A program made the position numbers and the translations under genes. Shown here one piece after another: positions 46,301 through 56,422 of a stretch of 64,000 nucleotides of DNA. The DNA comes from Spirochaetia bacterium (GTDB lineage Bacteria; Spirochaetota; Spirochaetia; CADAEX01): NCBI GenBank assembly GCA_045606105.1, contig JAZURI010000001.1, forward strand, positions 64,001 to 128,000, written 5' to 3'. Position 1 is the stretch's first letter, and the number at the start of each line of letters is the position of its first letter. Below the pieces are notes generated by a model. It had not been told where the DNA came from and ran no database searches. It saw only the letters and a program-made list of their open reading frames with translations.

Positions 46301-49300
46301 GAATGTTGAGGATATTGTTACAGGACAGCTGTTCAGGTTTGATGCTGCTCCCGATGTTTCCGGTATTTATTCCTCTACAGGGGAGATTACCGATATGAGG
46401 GGCGGACTTCCCGATTCCTATTTCGATGACGGGAAAAAGTATTACGAGGATGTTCTTGCCTGGCTTGGGAATCTGGATGCCGGAATGCTGCATGATTTCG
46501 GGATTGCCTACTATTGGAGAACCGGCTGCAGCATCGATGTCCCCATTTACCGGGATCAGAATTTCCATAAGCTGAGAAGCTACGGTTATGCCTTTTCCTA
46601 TCCTGTGGAATACACCGACAATACTGCATCCCGGGCTGTTTATGACCGGCTGGTTTCTGACAGCAGGACTCATATTCTCTATTCCTTTTTTGAGGAAATG
46701 ATGAAAAACGACCGGATTCTTTTCGACACCTCGTTTATAGGCAAGGATGTAAGTAAAATCGCCCATGATTATCTCTGGAATGTCTCAAAGGAGAAGGAAT
46801 CCCATTACAGGAATTCCCATCGTATTCTGAATGCCCTTACCAGAAAGGCCTCCAAGATGAAAAGCATGAGAAAGGCCATGGCTGATGTAAACGGAACAAA
46901 GGAACGGAACAGGATAATGGAGCAGATAGGTTCGGTTCTGAAAAGCGTTGAGTTCTGCAGAAACGAATCGGCAGAGGCCGAGAAGCAGTACATGAGAGAG
47001 CTTTTCAGTGATGCCGGAAGCTTTCTTTCCTTCTGTGAGGAACTCTCCGGTGTGAAAATAAAGGATGGCTCCCTGGCAGAGAGTTTTTTTGCAGAATCGG
47101 AAGGGGAGAAAAGCTTTGTTGCCGTTGTTGCCGGGCTCAGGGAGCTTTGTAAGGAGACAAAGGCTGAAAACAGCGTTTCACTTTCTCCGGAGACAGCCAT
47201 CTCCTTCGTAAACGGCCTGGAATGCTACGGTCACGGAGGGAATATTGCTTCGGTTATGGAGCTTACCGGCTCCCTGCTTATCTCTCTTCACGGTCAGAAA
47301 GGGGAGGAATATCTGGATTCGGAGGCTGACAAGGCTGAATGGGCTGCTCTTCTTCTTTCGGAGGACTGCCGTTACTGGACAGAAAACATGCTGAAGCTCA
47401 GACAGACGGGGCTTGAGGACTGGGATGCCAACTATCACAGGCTTGTCCGTGAAAGAACGGTATGGGAGGAAAAGCTTGCTTCGGAAATAGCGGAAAAAGA
47501 GAAGATATGGGATCTGAAAGGGGAGCTTATGGAGGAGAAGATGAGAGAATGGCTTACGGAGGCAGCTCTTCTGGAGGCAGAAAAGGAGAATGCCGAAACA
47601 GCAAGGGAGCTGGGACTGAATGCCTTTGCACTGAGAACCTCGGCAGACGAACTGATTGTTCCTATGATTGATTTCTCTCCGGAAATCGTAACGGAGGGGG
47701 ACTCACTTGACAGGCTTCTTTCCCTGGCACTGGAATACAACAGGGCTGCCGTGAACAGAGGGGAAATAACGGAAATTTATCCGCTGCTGCCCGCAGTTTT
47801 CAGAACCGCAGAGATTGATATGGCTGATACCGGGGAATTTTTCGAGGAGGTAAAGAGACAGAGTACATATCTTGCAGTTCTGCAGATGAAGGGTGAGATT
47901 TCTGAAATGTACCGTCAGATCATCCTGAATGTGGAAGAGAACAATATGGAAGCTGACAAGGCAATAACCGATGTTCTTGAAGGGCGGGGATACCGGCTTG
48001 ACGGCAATGTTTTCTCCAGAAAAATCATGATAGACGAGACAATTCTCGGCGGAATCGAGTATGAGGTTCAGGAAATCGAAAGGTACAGATGGTTTTCTGC
48101 AGAAAGCTTTGACATTGAAAAGGAGCTTTCTTCTGTTTTTCTTCATGATGAAAGCACACTGATGCTGAGGCATATTCTTGAAAAGGTCCGGAAGGAGCTG
48201 GATTCCTATGCATCCGAAACCATGGAGGCCTTCAGCATGCATATCGGATATGTACCGGTCATGTCAGAGAAAGACCCTGAAAAGGTAAGTGTAAAGGGGG
48301 CCGGTGAATACGGCCGTATTTTCGAGCTTTTCTATGTAAACGAAGGGCGGCTTGCCCGCGGTCTTGCTGCCATTGATGTTCCGTTCTATCTGCAGCGGCT
48401 GTACGATGATGACAGGGACAATGACGGAAAAAGCGACGGTCTTGTCGGTGCTCCTACAATCAGAGGCGCCACAAGGCTTCTTACCACGCTGCTGGGAAGC
48501 GTGAATCCTGTGCTGGGAATTGCAGCTTCTGTCCTGGACAGCATTACCTATGCCGCCCTGGATATGGGCTTTGCCGGAAAGGATCTGGCAGAAGCAGCCG
48601 CCGATGTGGGATACAGTATCGGTAACACAGCCGCCGCCATGGGTATAGGGGCTGCACTCGGCTCGGTGACTGCCATTGCGGAGAATGCGCTGCTGGGTAC
48701 GGTTTCCGACCTTTATGTGACCAATGTGGCAGCGGCGGCCATCTGCTCCGCAGATGTGGAGGATTTCATCGGTAACTATATGGAGCAGGCTTCCCTTGTC
48801 AGAAACTATAACAGCTATATCAGTGCAGGTATAGGAAGCCTGACCGGCGGGATCGGGGCCCTTGGCTATGAACTGCTTTCCGATGGTGAGACCAGGATAA
48901 ATATCATGAATATCATTGAGCTGAATGTGGGCGGCAGGGGCCCTCTGCTGGAATTCGGGTCAGGGGGACAGCAGCTTGCAGGTATGGTTGACTATGTGGG
49001 CAGCTTTTTTGAGAAGCCTGACATTGACCTGTATTCAACCTATTATGAAATGGTTAAGCTTATGGAGGATGAATCCTATGCTGCCATGTATCTCGACCGG
49101 CCTGAATCGGACTTTGAGGAGGTCCTTGAGGATTCTGTAATGGAATATCTTGAGGAGCAGCTGCCGGAAAAGATTTCGGATATAACCGGAAATCCTGAAA
49201 TCTGCTATACTGAAATATATGATTCCGTAATCAATGACTCTGATAAATATGATTTTACGGATTATGATCCCGCAGATTATGATTTTCCTGTGGAGGGGGA

Positions 49301-49973
49301 TATCGGACGCGGATATTCTTTCCTTGAGGGGACAATCGGGGAATACAGGGCGGTGGAAAAGGAGTTTTCTGCCGCTGTAAAGGAGGAATTTGCATCCAAG
49401 CCTGCAGCTGAGCAGATGAAGGATCTCATGGAATGCTATACCAGGGTACGGTCAGGAAATTATTCCGATACGGACAGAGGCAATATGGCCGCGGCTCTCA
49501 GGGATCTTGTAAAATATATGGATGTGGAGGCGCTTATGGAGGAGAATGAGGACTTCATGAACATTACCCTGAGAAATTTCCTGAATCTGAAGGAGGACGG
49601 AACCATGGATTACACCCTGGATGAAATCAGGAACGAAACCGGCATGTGGACAGAGATGATGAGCTGGGGTTCGGCCTATCATCAGACCAATGTGGAGGGG
49701 GAGCTTCTCAATGCCAAGTTTGTAAGCAGGGACGGAAGGGAGGTGGTCTTTGATTCAGATGAAAATGTTGTATTGGATATACTGGACAAGGGTACCTTCA
49801 ACTACGGCCGACAGACGCTGGCAAGCACACTTTTCGGTCTTCACAGGAGTGCCGATGTGGAGCCGTACAACCGGCATATGAAAAATATCGGAGCCAGGGT
49901 AAAGCACCGGTTCGATCTTCTTCTGGGTATGTTGGGCAATTCCAGAATCTGGGAACTGAGGGGGAAAAGATGA
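43374..49973 (+). CDS. Giant secreted coiled-coil protein with Gly/Ala hydrophobic region and toxin-like C-terminal domain
   Basis: 2199 aa, signal peptide (VSA-Y), long heptad-rich body, C-terminal NAKFVS.DG.E.VFD...KGTFNYG...H..DVEPY. Confidence 0.7.
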   Translation: MKKALLIFLLYSFTVSVSAYDKEYFTRILSETGSIGLSTLLHRYPGNEHEIRNEYARLQWEEIKRELDCPDSERLAALLKELSDGMERKDASELDRELALWKEAGSRELERVYGEWEENASVRYDELTSVMDSEIRLFTDISFEDYRKSIRREMEIMLEARQREFLNSRIAEKDSAGGEREDKTGYSLVSELLENVPEIYTEPVTEALEGWYESGLRLAEARAHWEKGVAEGFAEAEKKWDQALLVYETEKEVWLGEIEAALREGEKIFAERLSDFEELSALRFTEISTMLEKQARTVSQKIEGYLSGYEAVNVMLREAEYNALLAETEILRLEAAKASPAASLADYRALLADTRNKAREAEQRRESLIHEMNNYDNDATHFQFTKENFPGRIKEAEEERDSYLALIPALQKQVAEFESLVSETDREIEEYRSQEIFWKKAVKRYVETEEKLRTGLASLEAEIKDSSGLEADSREMILEDMNRRLRMYRELYDFAVESGSGGKTAFDTRENLEKAGELLAEAELAYGAAVENMGGYGERTEQLLSEIQLLSEELDKTCRDLAEVQSEYNLYYELFMNDGAGMLKTALEEEEQLLSEYRASRQEAWIDYFMKCQAAERGMMLPFNELREAVTVSVQSCLQLLEEDISEEERLLLEDELESLLAAEKLFAGMETVPEPGTVESVYLRRCLEWEQWNRDRGAALIAGLFGFDGTETQEEAESFLMELSESGFLPGYLLYCAAGYLKQFHDFSGNDELALLYEGAVGYDSGLFGKALSIYMSGNPAPASADDAEVARTAALGTENMISITEAGLNEKRRLLEALERDRHTFCTLYVEPYSKKLSVLQKNEERQREAYNRALDEIDSLLAGYDERKKEAREKYSLWQEALYSAELTEKIHLYAASPYSSPEDILAEIEKQEALIADYSQFSAVRDHISSSDMVSAENFYRAVDTELYLNSVAGRVEEKERSWQSRISSSLRNVEDIVTGQLFRFDAAPDVSGIYSSTGEITDMRGGLPDSYFDDGKKYYEDVLAWLGNLDAGMLHDFGIAYYWRTGCSIDVPIYRDQNFHKLRSYGYAFSYPVEYTDNTASRAVYDRLVSDSRTHILYSFFEEMMKNDRILFDTSFIGKDVSKIAHDYLWNVSKEKESHYRNSHRILNALTRKASKMKSMRKAMADVNGTKERNRIMEQIGSVLKSVEFCRNESAEAEKQYMRELFSDAGSFLSFCEELSGVKIKDGSLAESFFAESEGEKSFVAVVAGLRELCKETKAENSVSLSPETAISFVNGLECYGHGGNIASVMELTGSLLISLHGQKGEEYLDSEADKAEWAALLLSEDCRYWTENMLKLRQTGLEDWDANYHRLVRERTVWEEKLASEIAEKEKIWDLKGELMEEKMREWLTEAALLEAEKENAETARELGLNAFALRTSADELIVPMIDFSPEIVTEGDSLDRLLSLALEYNRAAVNRGEITEIYPLLPAVFRTAEIDMADTGEFFEEVKRQSTYLAVLQMKGEISEMYRQIILNVEENNMEADKAITDVLEGRGYRLDGNVFSRKIMIDETILGGIEYEVQEIERYRWFSAESFDIEKELSSVFLHDESTLMLRHILEKVRKELDSYASETMEAFSMHIGYVPVMSEKDPEKVSVKGAGEYGRIFELFYVNEGRLARGLAAIDVPFYLQRLYDDDRDNDGKSDGLVGAPTIRGATRLLTTLLGSVNPVLGIAASVLDSITYAALDMGFAGKDLAEAAADVGYSIGNTAAAMGIGAALGSVTAIAENALLGTVSDLYVTNVAAAAICSADVEDFIGNYMEQASLVRNYNSYISAGIGSLTGGIGALGYELLSDGETRINIMNIIELNVGGRGPLLEFGSGGQQLAGMVDYVGSFFEKPDIDLYSTYYEMVKLMEDESYAAMYLDRPESDFEEVLEDSVMEYLEEQLPEKISDITGNPEICYTEIYDSVINDSDKYDFTDYDPADYDFPVEGDIGRGYSFLEGTIGEYRAVEKEFSAAVKEEFASKPAAEQMKDLMECYTRVRSGNYSDTDRGNMAAALRDLVKYMDVEALMEENEDFMNITLRNFLNLKEDGTMDYTLDEIRNETGMWTEMMSWGSAYHQTNVEGELLNAKFVSRDGREVVFDSDENVVLDILDKGTFNYGRQTLASTLFGLHRSADVEPYNRHMKNIGARVKHRFDLLLGMLGNSRIWELRGKR

Positions 49974-50515
49974 AAAAGAATAAAAGGATTTCATGTATCA
50001 TAATGTCGGTAATCATTGTATCTGCAGTGCTGTTCCTGACCACGGAATACTGGGGCCGGGGAATCATTTATCCACGCTTTACCTACAGCCTTCAGCCGGC
50101 AGACAGGACTCAGGAGACGGAGCTGACATTGTGGACCTCCCGCGGAATCAATCCCTTTGAAAGCGAATTCAATTTTACCATTCTTGCATGGTCGGTTCCC
50201 GAAAAAATCAGAATCAGCTCACTTGCCTTCAGCCATGACGGGAAGAGCCGGGAAATTGCCGGAAACAGAGAGCTGGAAATCAGGGAATCGGGCTGGAAGA
50301 GAACCGGAAACGGAATGTACCTGAATACCAATGCCGTTACTGACCGGCCGAAGATCTGCTGGAGCCGTTATTTCAAGGGTAAGAAAACAGGAGATACCTT
50401 TCCTCTGCGGCTGACCCTGGTCTACAGCCTGGATAACGGGCCGGAGAGGAGGGCTGTCCTTGATTACACCGTGACAGTGACAGATTATTTCTATGTCCAT
50501 CCCCTTGTTTTCTGA
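49970..50515 (+). CDS. Membrane-anchored hypothetical protein, candidate immunity protein
   Basis: ATGA overlap with giant gene; N-terminal TM. Confidence 0.55.
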   Translation: MKKNKRISCIIMSVIIVSAVLFLTTEYWGRGIIYPRFTYSLQPADRTQETELTLWTSRGINPFESEFNFTILAWSVPEKIRISSLAFSHDGKSREIAGNRELEIRESGWKRTGNGMYLNTNAVTDRPKICWSRYFKGKKTGDTFPLRLTLVYSLDNGPERRAVLDYTVTVTDYFYVHPLVF

Positions 50516-50537
50516 AACCCTGATGGTATAATCAGAT

Positions 50538-51221
50538 ATGGTTGAAAACATTACGGCCCGTCTTTATGAGCTGAAGGATGAGGGCTACAGGGATTTTCAG
50601 TGCAGACTCATGCCGACTGTGGACAGAAGCAGGGTAATCGGTGTCAGAACTCCGGGGCTCAGGCAACTGGCAAGGGAGATCGGAGGCACGGAAGCAGCAG
50701 ACCGGTTTATTAAGACCCTTCCGCACCGTTATTACGAGGAGAACAGTCTCCATGCCATTCTCATAAGCCGGATAAAGGACTACGGCAGCTGTATTGAGGC
50801 TACGGAGTTTTTTCTTCCCCATGTCGACAACTGGGCCACCTGCGATATCTTTACCCCTGCCGCCTTCGGGAAAAATATCCGGGATCTGGAAAAAAGATGC
50901 CTCCGCTGGCTGTCTTCGGAGCATACCTATACAATACGCTTCGGAATGAGGATGCTCATGAGCTTTTTCCTGGACCGGAACTACCGGCCTGAGCTTCCGG
51001 CGGCGGTGGCTGCGGTGGAAACCGACGAATACTATGTAATGATGATGCAGGCCTGGTATTTTGCCACCGCCCTGGCAAAGCGGTACGAGGATATTCTCCC
51101 TTTTATTGCCGGAAAAAGGCTTGAAAAACAGACCCATAACAAAGCAATACAGAAGGCGGTGGAAAGCTTCCGTATCCCGCCGGAGCACAAGCTTTTTCTC
51201 CGTACCCTGCGGCGGAAATAA
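50538..51221 (+). CDS. DNA alkylation repair protein (AlkD-like)
   Basis: IGVRTP.LR, VDNWATCD, YYV.M..AW..A motifs. Confidence 0.85.
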   Translation: MVENITARLYELKDEGYRDFQCRLMPTVDRSRVIGVRTPGLRQLAREIGGTEAADRFIKTLPHRYYEENSLHAILISRIKDYGSCIEATEFFLPHVDNWATCDIFTPAAFGKNIRDLEKRCLRWLSSEHTYTIRFGMRMLMSFFLDRNYRPELPAAVAAVETDEYYVMMMQAWYFATALAKRYEDILPFIAGKRLEKQTHNKAIQKAVESFRIPPEHKLFLRTLRRK

Positions 51222-51243
51222 AAAAGCCTCCCGGCGGGAGGCT
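51221..51243. terminator. Terminator between convergent genes
   Basis: AAAAAGCCTCCC-GGC-GGGAGGCT. Confidence 0.7.
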
Positions 51244-51266
51244 CTGAATACATGTCTGCGGAAAAA

Positions 51267-52262
51267 TTACTGGTTGATTGTTCCGAGAGCTGTGTAAACG
51301 ATATCTGTTGTGCTGCATCCTCTTGAAAGGTCGCTGACAGGTTTTGCAAATCCCATGAAGAAAGGTCCGTAAGCTTCGAAATCTCCGAATCTCTGCATGA
51401 GCTTGTATCCGATGTTTCCTGCGTTGATGTTAGGGAAGATAAGTGTGTTAGGGCACTTTCCTGCAACTTCTGAACCAGGAGCCTTTCTGAGTCCTACTTC
51501 AGGAATGATAGCTGCATCAAGCTGGAGTTCTCCGTCAACCTTGAGTTCAGGAGCCTTTTCCTTAACGATTGCGAGAGCCTGTGTAACCTTGTCTACTGTC
51601 TCGTGTGAAGCTGATCCCTTTGAAGAGAAGGAGAGCATTGCAATCTTTGGTTCTGTAAGGAGGAATGCTTCGCAGGATTTTGCTGCTGCAAGTGTGATGT
51701 CAGCAAGCTGGTTTGCATCCGGTTCGATGATTACTGCGCAGTCTGCCAGGATGTATGATCCTTCGTGACCCCAGTCTGTTCCCTGCTTTTCCATAAGGAA
51801 GCATGAAGAAGCTGTCTTGATTCCAGGAGCTGTCTTGATAACCTTGAGAGCTGCGGAAGCAACTGCACCTGTTGTGTTTACTGCACCTGCAACCATTGCA
51901 TCACAGTCACCCTTTCTAACCATCATTGCGCCCCAGTAAAGTGGGTTGAGCATCTCTTTTCTTGCCTGCTCTTCTGTCATTCCCTTAGCTTTTCTGAGTT
52001 CATAGTATTCGTTTGCATATTCATCCATCTTAGGTGATTTTGCCGGATCTGCAATTTTGATTCTTCCGTCAAGTACAACACCTTCAGCCTGTGCTGCTGC
52101 CTGGATTTCTGCCTCGTCACCAACAAGCCATACTTCTGCGATAAGACCCTTGTCAGAAAGAATCTTTGCTGCGTTGATAACTCTTTTATCTGTTCCTTCA
52201 GGAAGAACAAGCTTTTTCTGGTTTTTGAGAGCCTGTTCTGTCATTCTATCAATAAATCCCAT
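51267..52262 (-). CDS. pta: Phosphate acetyltransferase
   Basis: LPEG.D.R, ADCAV, AMLSFS.KGS, DGELQLDAAI, GNIGYK, KPVSDLSRG. Confidence 0.93.
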   Translation of the reverse strand: MGFIDRMTEQALKNQKKLVLPEGTDKRVINAAKILSDKGLIAEVWLVGDEAEIQAAAQAEGVVLDGRIKIADPAKSPKMDEYANEYYELRKAKGMTEEQARKEMLNPLYWGAMMVRKGDCDAMVAGAVNTTGAVASAALKVIKTAPGIKTASSCFLMEKQGTDWGHEGSYILADCAVIIEPDANQLADITLAAAKSCEAFLLTEPKIAMLSFSSKGSASHETVDKVTQALAIVKEKAPELKVDGELQLDAAIIPEVGLRKAPGSEVAGKCPNTLIFPNINAGNIGYKLMQRFGDFEAYGPFFMGFAKPVSDLSRGCSTTDIVYTALGTINQ

Positions 52263-52391
52263 TTTTTTGCTCCTTAAGAAGATTTTTTTCAATATTATAT
52301 GATAAAACCGATTTAATTCAACCGTTTATATAGGCCAAATCAAAAATTTTTACATCTTGCACATATTTCACCTGTATATTAAAATATAACC

Positions 52392-52742
52392 ATGGTTGAT
52401 GTACGTTTGAAAAATGTTGAAGAATCCGATGTGGATACATTGCTTTCCGAGGATGTGGAATTTTCAGGAACAGCCAAGCTGGTAAAGCCTGCCATGATCC
52501 GCGGTAAGATTGATGGGGAAATTATCTCCTCCGGCAATGTCTATATTGAAAAGACCTCTGAAGTAAAGGCTGTCATAAAGACTGCAAATCTCTCTGTGAA
52601 GGGAAAGGTTGAGGGTAATATCGAAACCTCTGCGGTGCTGGAGCTTCATTCAACTTCTTCCGTGAAGGGAGATATCAAGGCAGGAACAGTTGCCATGGAA
52701 GGGGGCTGCAGATTCAGCGGCCGGATGGATGTGGCTGAGTGA
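52392..52742 (+). CDS. Bactofilin (polymer-forming cytoskeletal, CcmA)
   Basis: I.G...G.I, V.G.VEGNI, V.GDI, G..F.G pattern. Confidence 0.85.
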   Translation: MVDVRLKNVEESDVDTLLSEDVEFSGTAKLVKPAMIRGKIDGEIISSGNVYIEKTSEVKAVIKTANLSVKGKVEGNIETSAVLELHSTSSVKGDIKAGTVAMEGGCRFSGRMDVAE

Positions 52743-53341
52743 AAAAGCTTTTTATCCTGCTTCTTCTTACAGTTTCGGTTTCTCTTTATGCCCGGGATGT
52801 CTCTGATGCAATGGCTGAATACAGAGCCGGAAATTATGATGAGGCAATTTCTGTCTGCAATGAAATACTGGAAAAATCGCAGAATGATACCGATGCGCTT
52901 ATAATTACGGGCTGGAGCCTGATGAAGCAGAAAAAGTATCAGGAGGCTCACGTTGTCTCCCTGAAGGTGCTGGAGAAGACCGAGGATTCCCGTGCCCTGG
53001 AAACAGCCGGAAAGGCATGCTTCTTTCTGTGGAAGAACAGGAGTGCACTGGAATATTTCAACCGTTATGTAAAGGCAGATCCTGAAGGAAAATATATTGA
53101 TGATGTCTTTTCCCTTATGGGAGATGTATATATGAGGCTCAAGGAGTACAACAATGCCGACATTGCATACTCTGCGGCCGTACACTATTATGCTTCAAGT
53201 CCCAGATGGTGGTACAAGCTCGGATATGCCAGGGAACTGGCCGGATCCAGGGGTGCCGCAGTCAAGGCCTATGACAGGGCTCTTGCTCTGAATCCGTCTT
53301 ATAAGGATGCTCTTGAAGGAAAGGCCAGAACCGGGAATTGA
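52739..53341 (+). CDS. TPR protein with signal peptide
   Basis: Tandem TPR helices, WWYKLGYA.E...A..AY..AL.LNP. Confidence 0.8.
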   Translation: MKKLFILLLLTVSVSLYARDVSDAMAEYRAGNYDEAISVCNEILEKSQNDTDALIITGWSLMKQKKYQEAHVVSLKVLEKTEDSRALETAGKACFFLWKNRSALEYFNRYVKADPEGKYIDDVFSLMGDVYMRLKEYNNADIAYSAAVHYYASSPRWWYKLGYARELAGSRGAAVKAYDRALALNPSYKDALEGKARTGN

Positions 53342-54714
53342 ACAGAAAGCTTTCCTTTGCCGTATACACATTAGGCTGTCGTCTCAATCAGGTTGAAAGC
53401 GAGGCTGTCTCCGGAGCTTTTCTCAGGGCCGGATTTGTCATCTGGGAAAAATCCATGGAGCATGGTCCCCATATCTTTGTAATCAATACCTGTACCGTTA
53501 CCTCAAAAAGCGAACAGAAGGCCAGGCGTATCATCAGGAAGGCTGCGATTGAAAATCCGGAATCCCTGGTTTTTGTCACAGGCTGCTATGCCCAGCTTAA
53601 CGGCGGCGATATAGAGGCCCTTGCTCCGAATGTCATAGTAGTAAGCCAGGAACGGAAAAGCCAGCTTCTGGTGCTTCCGGCATTTCTTGCAGAATCGGTC
53701 CGGGATTCAGGAACAAAGCTTCTTTCCCTGAAGCAGGCGGTAACTGCCCGTCTCTCCGTGCCGGTTCCTTCCCTGACAAAGTTCGATTTTCTGCCTCAGA
53801 CCTTCAGCTTCCATACCAGGGCTTCCCTGAAGATTCAGGACGGATGCAACAATTTCTGTGCCTACTGCCGTATTCCCTATGCCAGGGGAAGGAGCGAAAG
53901 CATGGATTTCGACAAGGCGGTGGAGACTGCGGTGGGTATCGAGAAAAACGGTTACCGTGAGCTGGTGCTGACCGGTGTGAATGTCACTGCCTACGAAAAT
54001 AACGGCCGGGGACTCAGGGAGCTGCTGGGTGCCGTTCTTGCCGGAACCTCCCGTATCAGGATCAGGCTTTCATCCCTGGGCCCTTATGACAATCTTGAGA
54101 ATTTTGAATATTTTGTTTCAGAGGAAAGAATCTGTCCCCATTTTCACCTTTCGGTACAGTCGGGCTCTGACAGCATACTGGCAGCCATGGGGCGTAAATA
54201 CAGGGCTGAAAGAATTGCGGCCATTACGGATATACTGAAAAAAAGCGGCCGGGATCCTTTTATTTCCGGCGATATCATAACCGGCTTTCCCGGGGAGACA
54301 GATGAGGATTTTGAGGCCTCTTACAGGCTTATAAGCAGCTGCGGTTTCTCAGACTGTCATGTTTTCCCTTATTCTCCGAGACCTGAAACCAGGGCCTTCA
54401 GTATGAAGAACCGTGTTCCGGAGCGTGTTTCCGGAAATCGTGCCGAGCGGCTTTCGGCATTGGCCGGTTCCCTTTATCTTGAATATGCGGAAAGACAGAA
54501 AGGTCGGATTGAAGATATTATCATCGAGGAAAAATGTACTGTTGACGGCAAGGAATATCTTGCCGGCCTCTCATCCAATTATCTCAAGGTCCATCTGGAG
54601 CCGGAAAAAACGGGAGATGTAAAAATCGGAGACATGCTCAGGGTCAGGCTTGACAATGTCAGCGGAATGCTCTTCGGTCAGCCTCTTCCACCATCCGGTG
54701 CTGCCAGTTTATAA
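53338..54714 (+). CDS. mtaB: tRNA methylthiotransferase MtaB (radical SAM)
   Basis: TLGCRLNQ.ES, INTCTVT, KIQDGCNNFCAYC, HVFPYS.R. Confidence 0.88.
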   Translation: MNRKLSFAVYTLGCRLNQVESEAVSGAFLRAGFVIWEKSMEHGPHIFVINTCTVTSKSEQKARRIIRKAAIENPESLVFVTGCYAQLNGGDIEALAPNVIVVSQERKSQLLVLPAFLAESVRDSGTKLLSLKQAVTARLSVPVPSLTKFDFLPQTFSFHTRASLKIQDGCNNFCAYCRIPYARGRSESMDFDKAVETAVGIEKNGYRELVLTGVNVTAYENNGRGLRELLGAVLAGTSRIRIRLSSLGPYDNLENFEYFVSEERICPHFHLSVQSGSDSILAAMGRKYRAERIAAITDILKKSGRDPFISGDIITGFPGETDEDFEASYRLISSCGFSDCHVFPYSPRPETRAFSMKNRVPERVSGNRAERLSALAGSLYLEYAERQKGRIEDIIIEEKCTVDGKEYLAGLSSNYLKVHLEPEKTGDVKIGDMLRVRLDNVSGMLFGQPLPPSGAASL

Positions 54715-56407
54715 GCCACCGTTCCTTTTCCCTGTCGGCTCCTTCCGAATCGGCAAGTATCCTGAATACAGGTTCTGTTCCTGAGCCTCTCATCCATACA
54801 AAGCCCCTGTCATTTCCTTCTGCATCGGAAAAGATAATCTTGAGACCGCCCTTGATTCCGGTTTTCCTTGTTTCAGGTCCGGTTCCCTCAAAACTTCCGG
54901 TACCGATATAGTTCACCTCTCTCCAGGCTGCAAATCCGAATCTTTCTTTAAGGAATTCCCTGTTTGCCTCCCATTCCTCTGCGAAAACCTCTTCATAGCT
55001 GTTCTTGAGTATACCGTGGTCGGTACAGCTTATTTTCATCTTTGCCAGGGTATCGTCTGTGGCGGTTGTGCTGAATTCCGGCAGGGTTCCGAGTATTTCG
55101 TCCCAGGATGGATTTTCCCTGAACGGTACACCCGCTTTTTCACACCAGATTCTGTAGAGCTCAGGCATGGCCCTGAACTTGATTATGCTCATGATGGTGT
55201 TCAGCGGATCCCTTACTGTGGCAGGATAGGTGATGTTCCCTCCGTTTGAACCCTCTCCCAGAAATCTTACGCACCAGCCCTCAGCCCTTTTTTCAGCAGC
55301 CAGGTTCACCACGTTGGCTTCTCCTACCTCGCTTCTGAAAACCTTTACTCCGTAAAGAGATGCAATTTTTTCAACTCTCAGTGAGGTGGGACAGTTCACC
55401 GCTATGGCTGTTTTTCCCTCTGAGGTCATGCCGGAATATTCCATGAATGAGAGTTCTGCGGCACAGGCCAGTGCAAATATGGTCTGGGCATCAGGAATCA
55501 GCACCTCTCCCTTTTCCGACATGAAGACAAGGTTTCCCCGGTCTCCGTCATTGTCCGGCATATAGCCTATGGTGAAGCTGCTGTCTTCCGCATGCATTTT
55601 TTTCAGATAATCGGCGGCAAAGGACAGGTTTTTTCCCTCCGGAAGGATTCCGTGGGCTATGTTTCCGGCCTGGTCATTGATGAAGGAGCAGGTGATTCCC
55701 AGCCTGTCAAAGAAGCTTCTGTCTATGGAAAGGCATCTGGCGCTTCCGTTCATGTCTGCTATGATTGAAGGCTTTTCGCCACTGATGAATTCCTCCATAA
55801 GCCTTTTTTCAGGAAATGCGGTTTTAAGATTGAATTCCAGGTATGTATCCAGGGCCTCCTTCTTGTATCTTTCTCCGGAGCCGGTATCCATTTCTTCGCT
55901 GTCCGACTTGTTCAATAGCTGAACAAGTATATCTGATACATTTTCCTTTCCCATGAACTCCCTGAACATGGAGATTATTTCCGCAGCATCCTTTCCTCCG
56001 GCCACGCTTCCGTCACCGAAACCGAATTTTACGCCGTTGTGTCCCCTTGGGTTATGGCTTGCCGATACATAGAGAAAACAGTCTGCATCCGGATTTTCCT
56101 TGGTAAAGGCCATTATTTCAGGGGCACTGCAGATGGCAAGATCCCTTACTTCCAGCCCTTTCATGGTCATGATCCTGTTAAGGACGGAGCATATGGCCTT
56201 TCCTGTCGGTCTGGCATCCCGGCCTGAGATTACGGTTCTGCATCCCCTGGAGAGAACCCATTCCGAGAAAATGTGTCCTATACCTGCTGTCAGCAGCCTG
56301 TCGTTGCCGGAAATTTCAGAGGTGGGGCTGTGCTCGTCGCCGTCTGCCGCAAATACCTTTCTCCATCCGGAGGCGGAAATTATCATGTTTTCAATCAGAT
56401 TGGTCAT
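54659..56407 (-). CDS. Phosphohexomutase (PGM/PMM family)
   Basis: SASHNP, PDNDGDR, GEGSNGG, MRGSGTEP. Confidence 0.88.
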   Translation of the reverse strand: MTNLIENMIISASGWRKVFAADGDEHSPTSEISGNDRLLTAGIGHIFSEWVLSRGCRTVISGRDARPTGKAICSVLNRIMTMKGLEVRDLAICSAPEIMAFTKENPDADCFLYVSASHNPRGHNGVKFGFGDGSVAGGKDAAEIISMFREFMGKENVSDILVQLLNKSDSEEMDTGSGERYKKEALDTYLEFNLKTAFPEKRLMEEFISGEKPSIIADMNGSARCLSIDRSFFDRLGITCSFINDQAGNIAHGILPEGKNLSFAADYLKKMHAEDSSFTIGYMPDNDGDRGNLVFMSEKGEVLIPDAQTIFALACAAELSFMEYSGMTSEGKTAIAVNCPTSLRVEKIASLYGVKVFRSEVGEANVVNLAAEKRAEGWCVRFLGEGSNGGNITYPATVRDPLNTIMSIIKFRAMPELYRIWCEKAGVPFRENPSWDEILGTLPEFSTTATDDTLAKMKISCTDHGILKNSYEEVFAEEWEANREFLKERFGFAAWREVNYIGTGSFEGTGPETRKTGIKGGLKIIFSDAEGNDRGFVWMRGSGTEPVFRILADSEGADREKERWLINWQHRMVEEADRRAFR

Positions 56408-56422
56408 AAATCAGTCCTTTGT

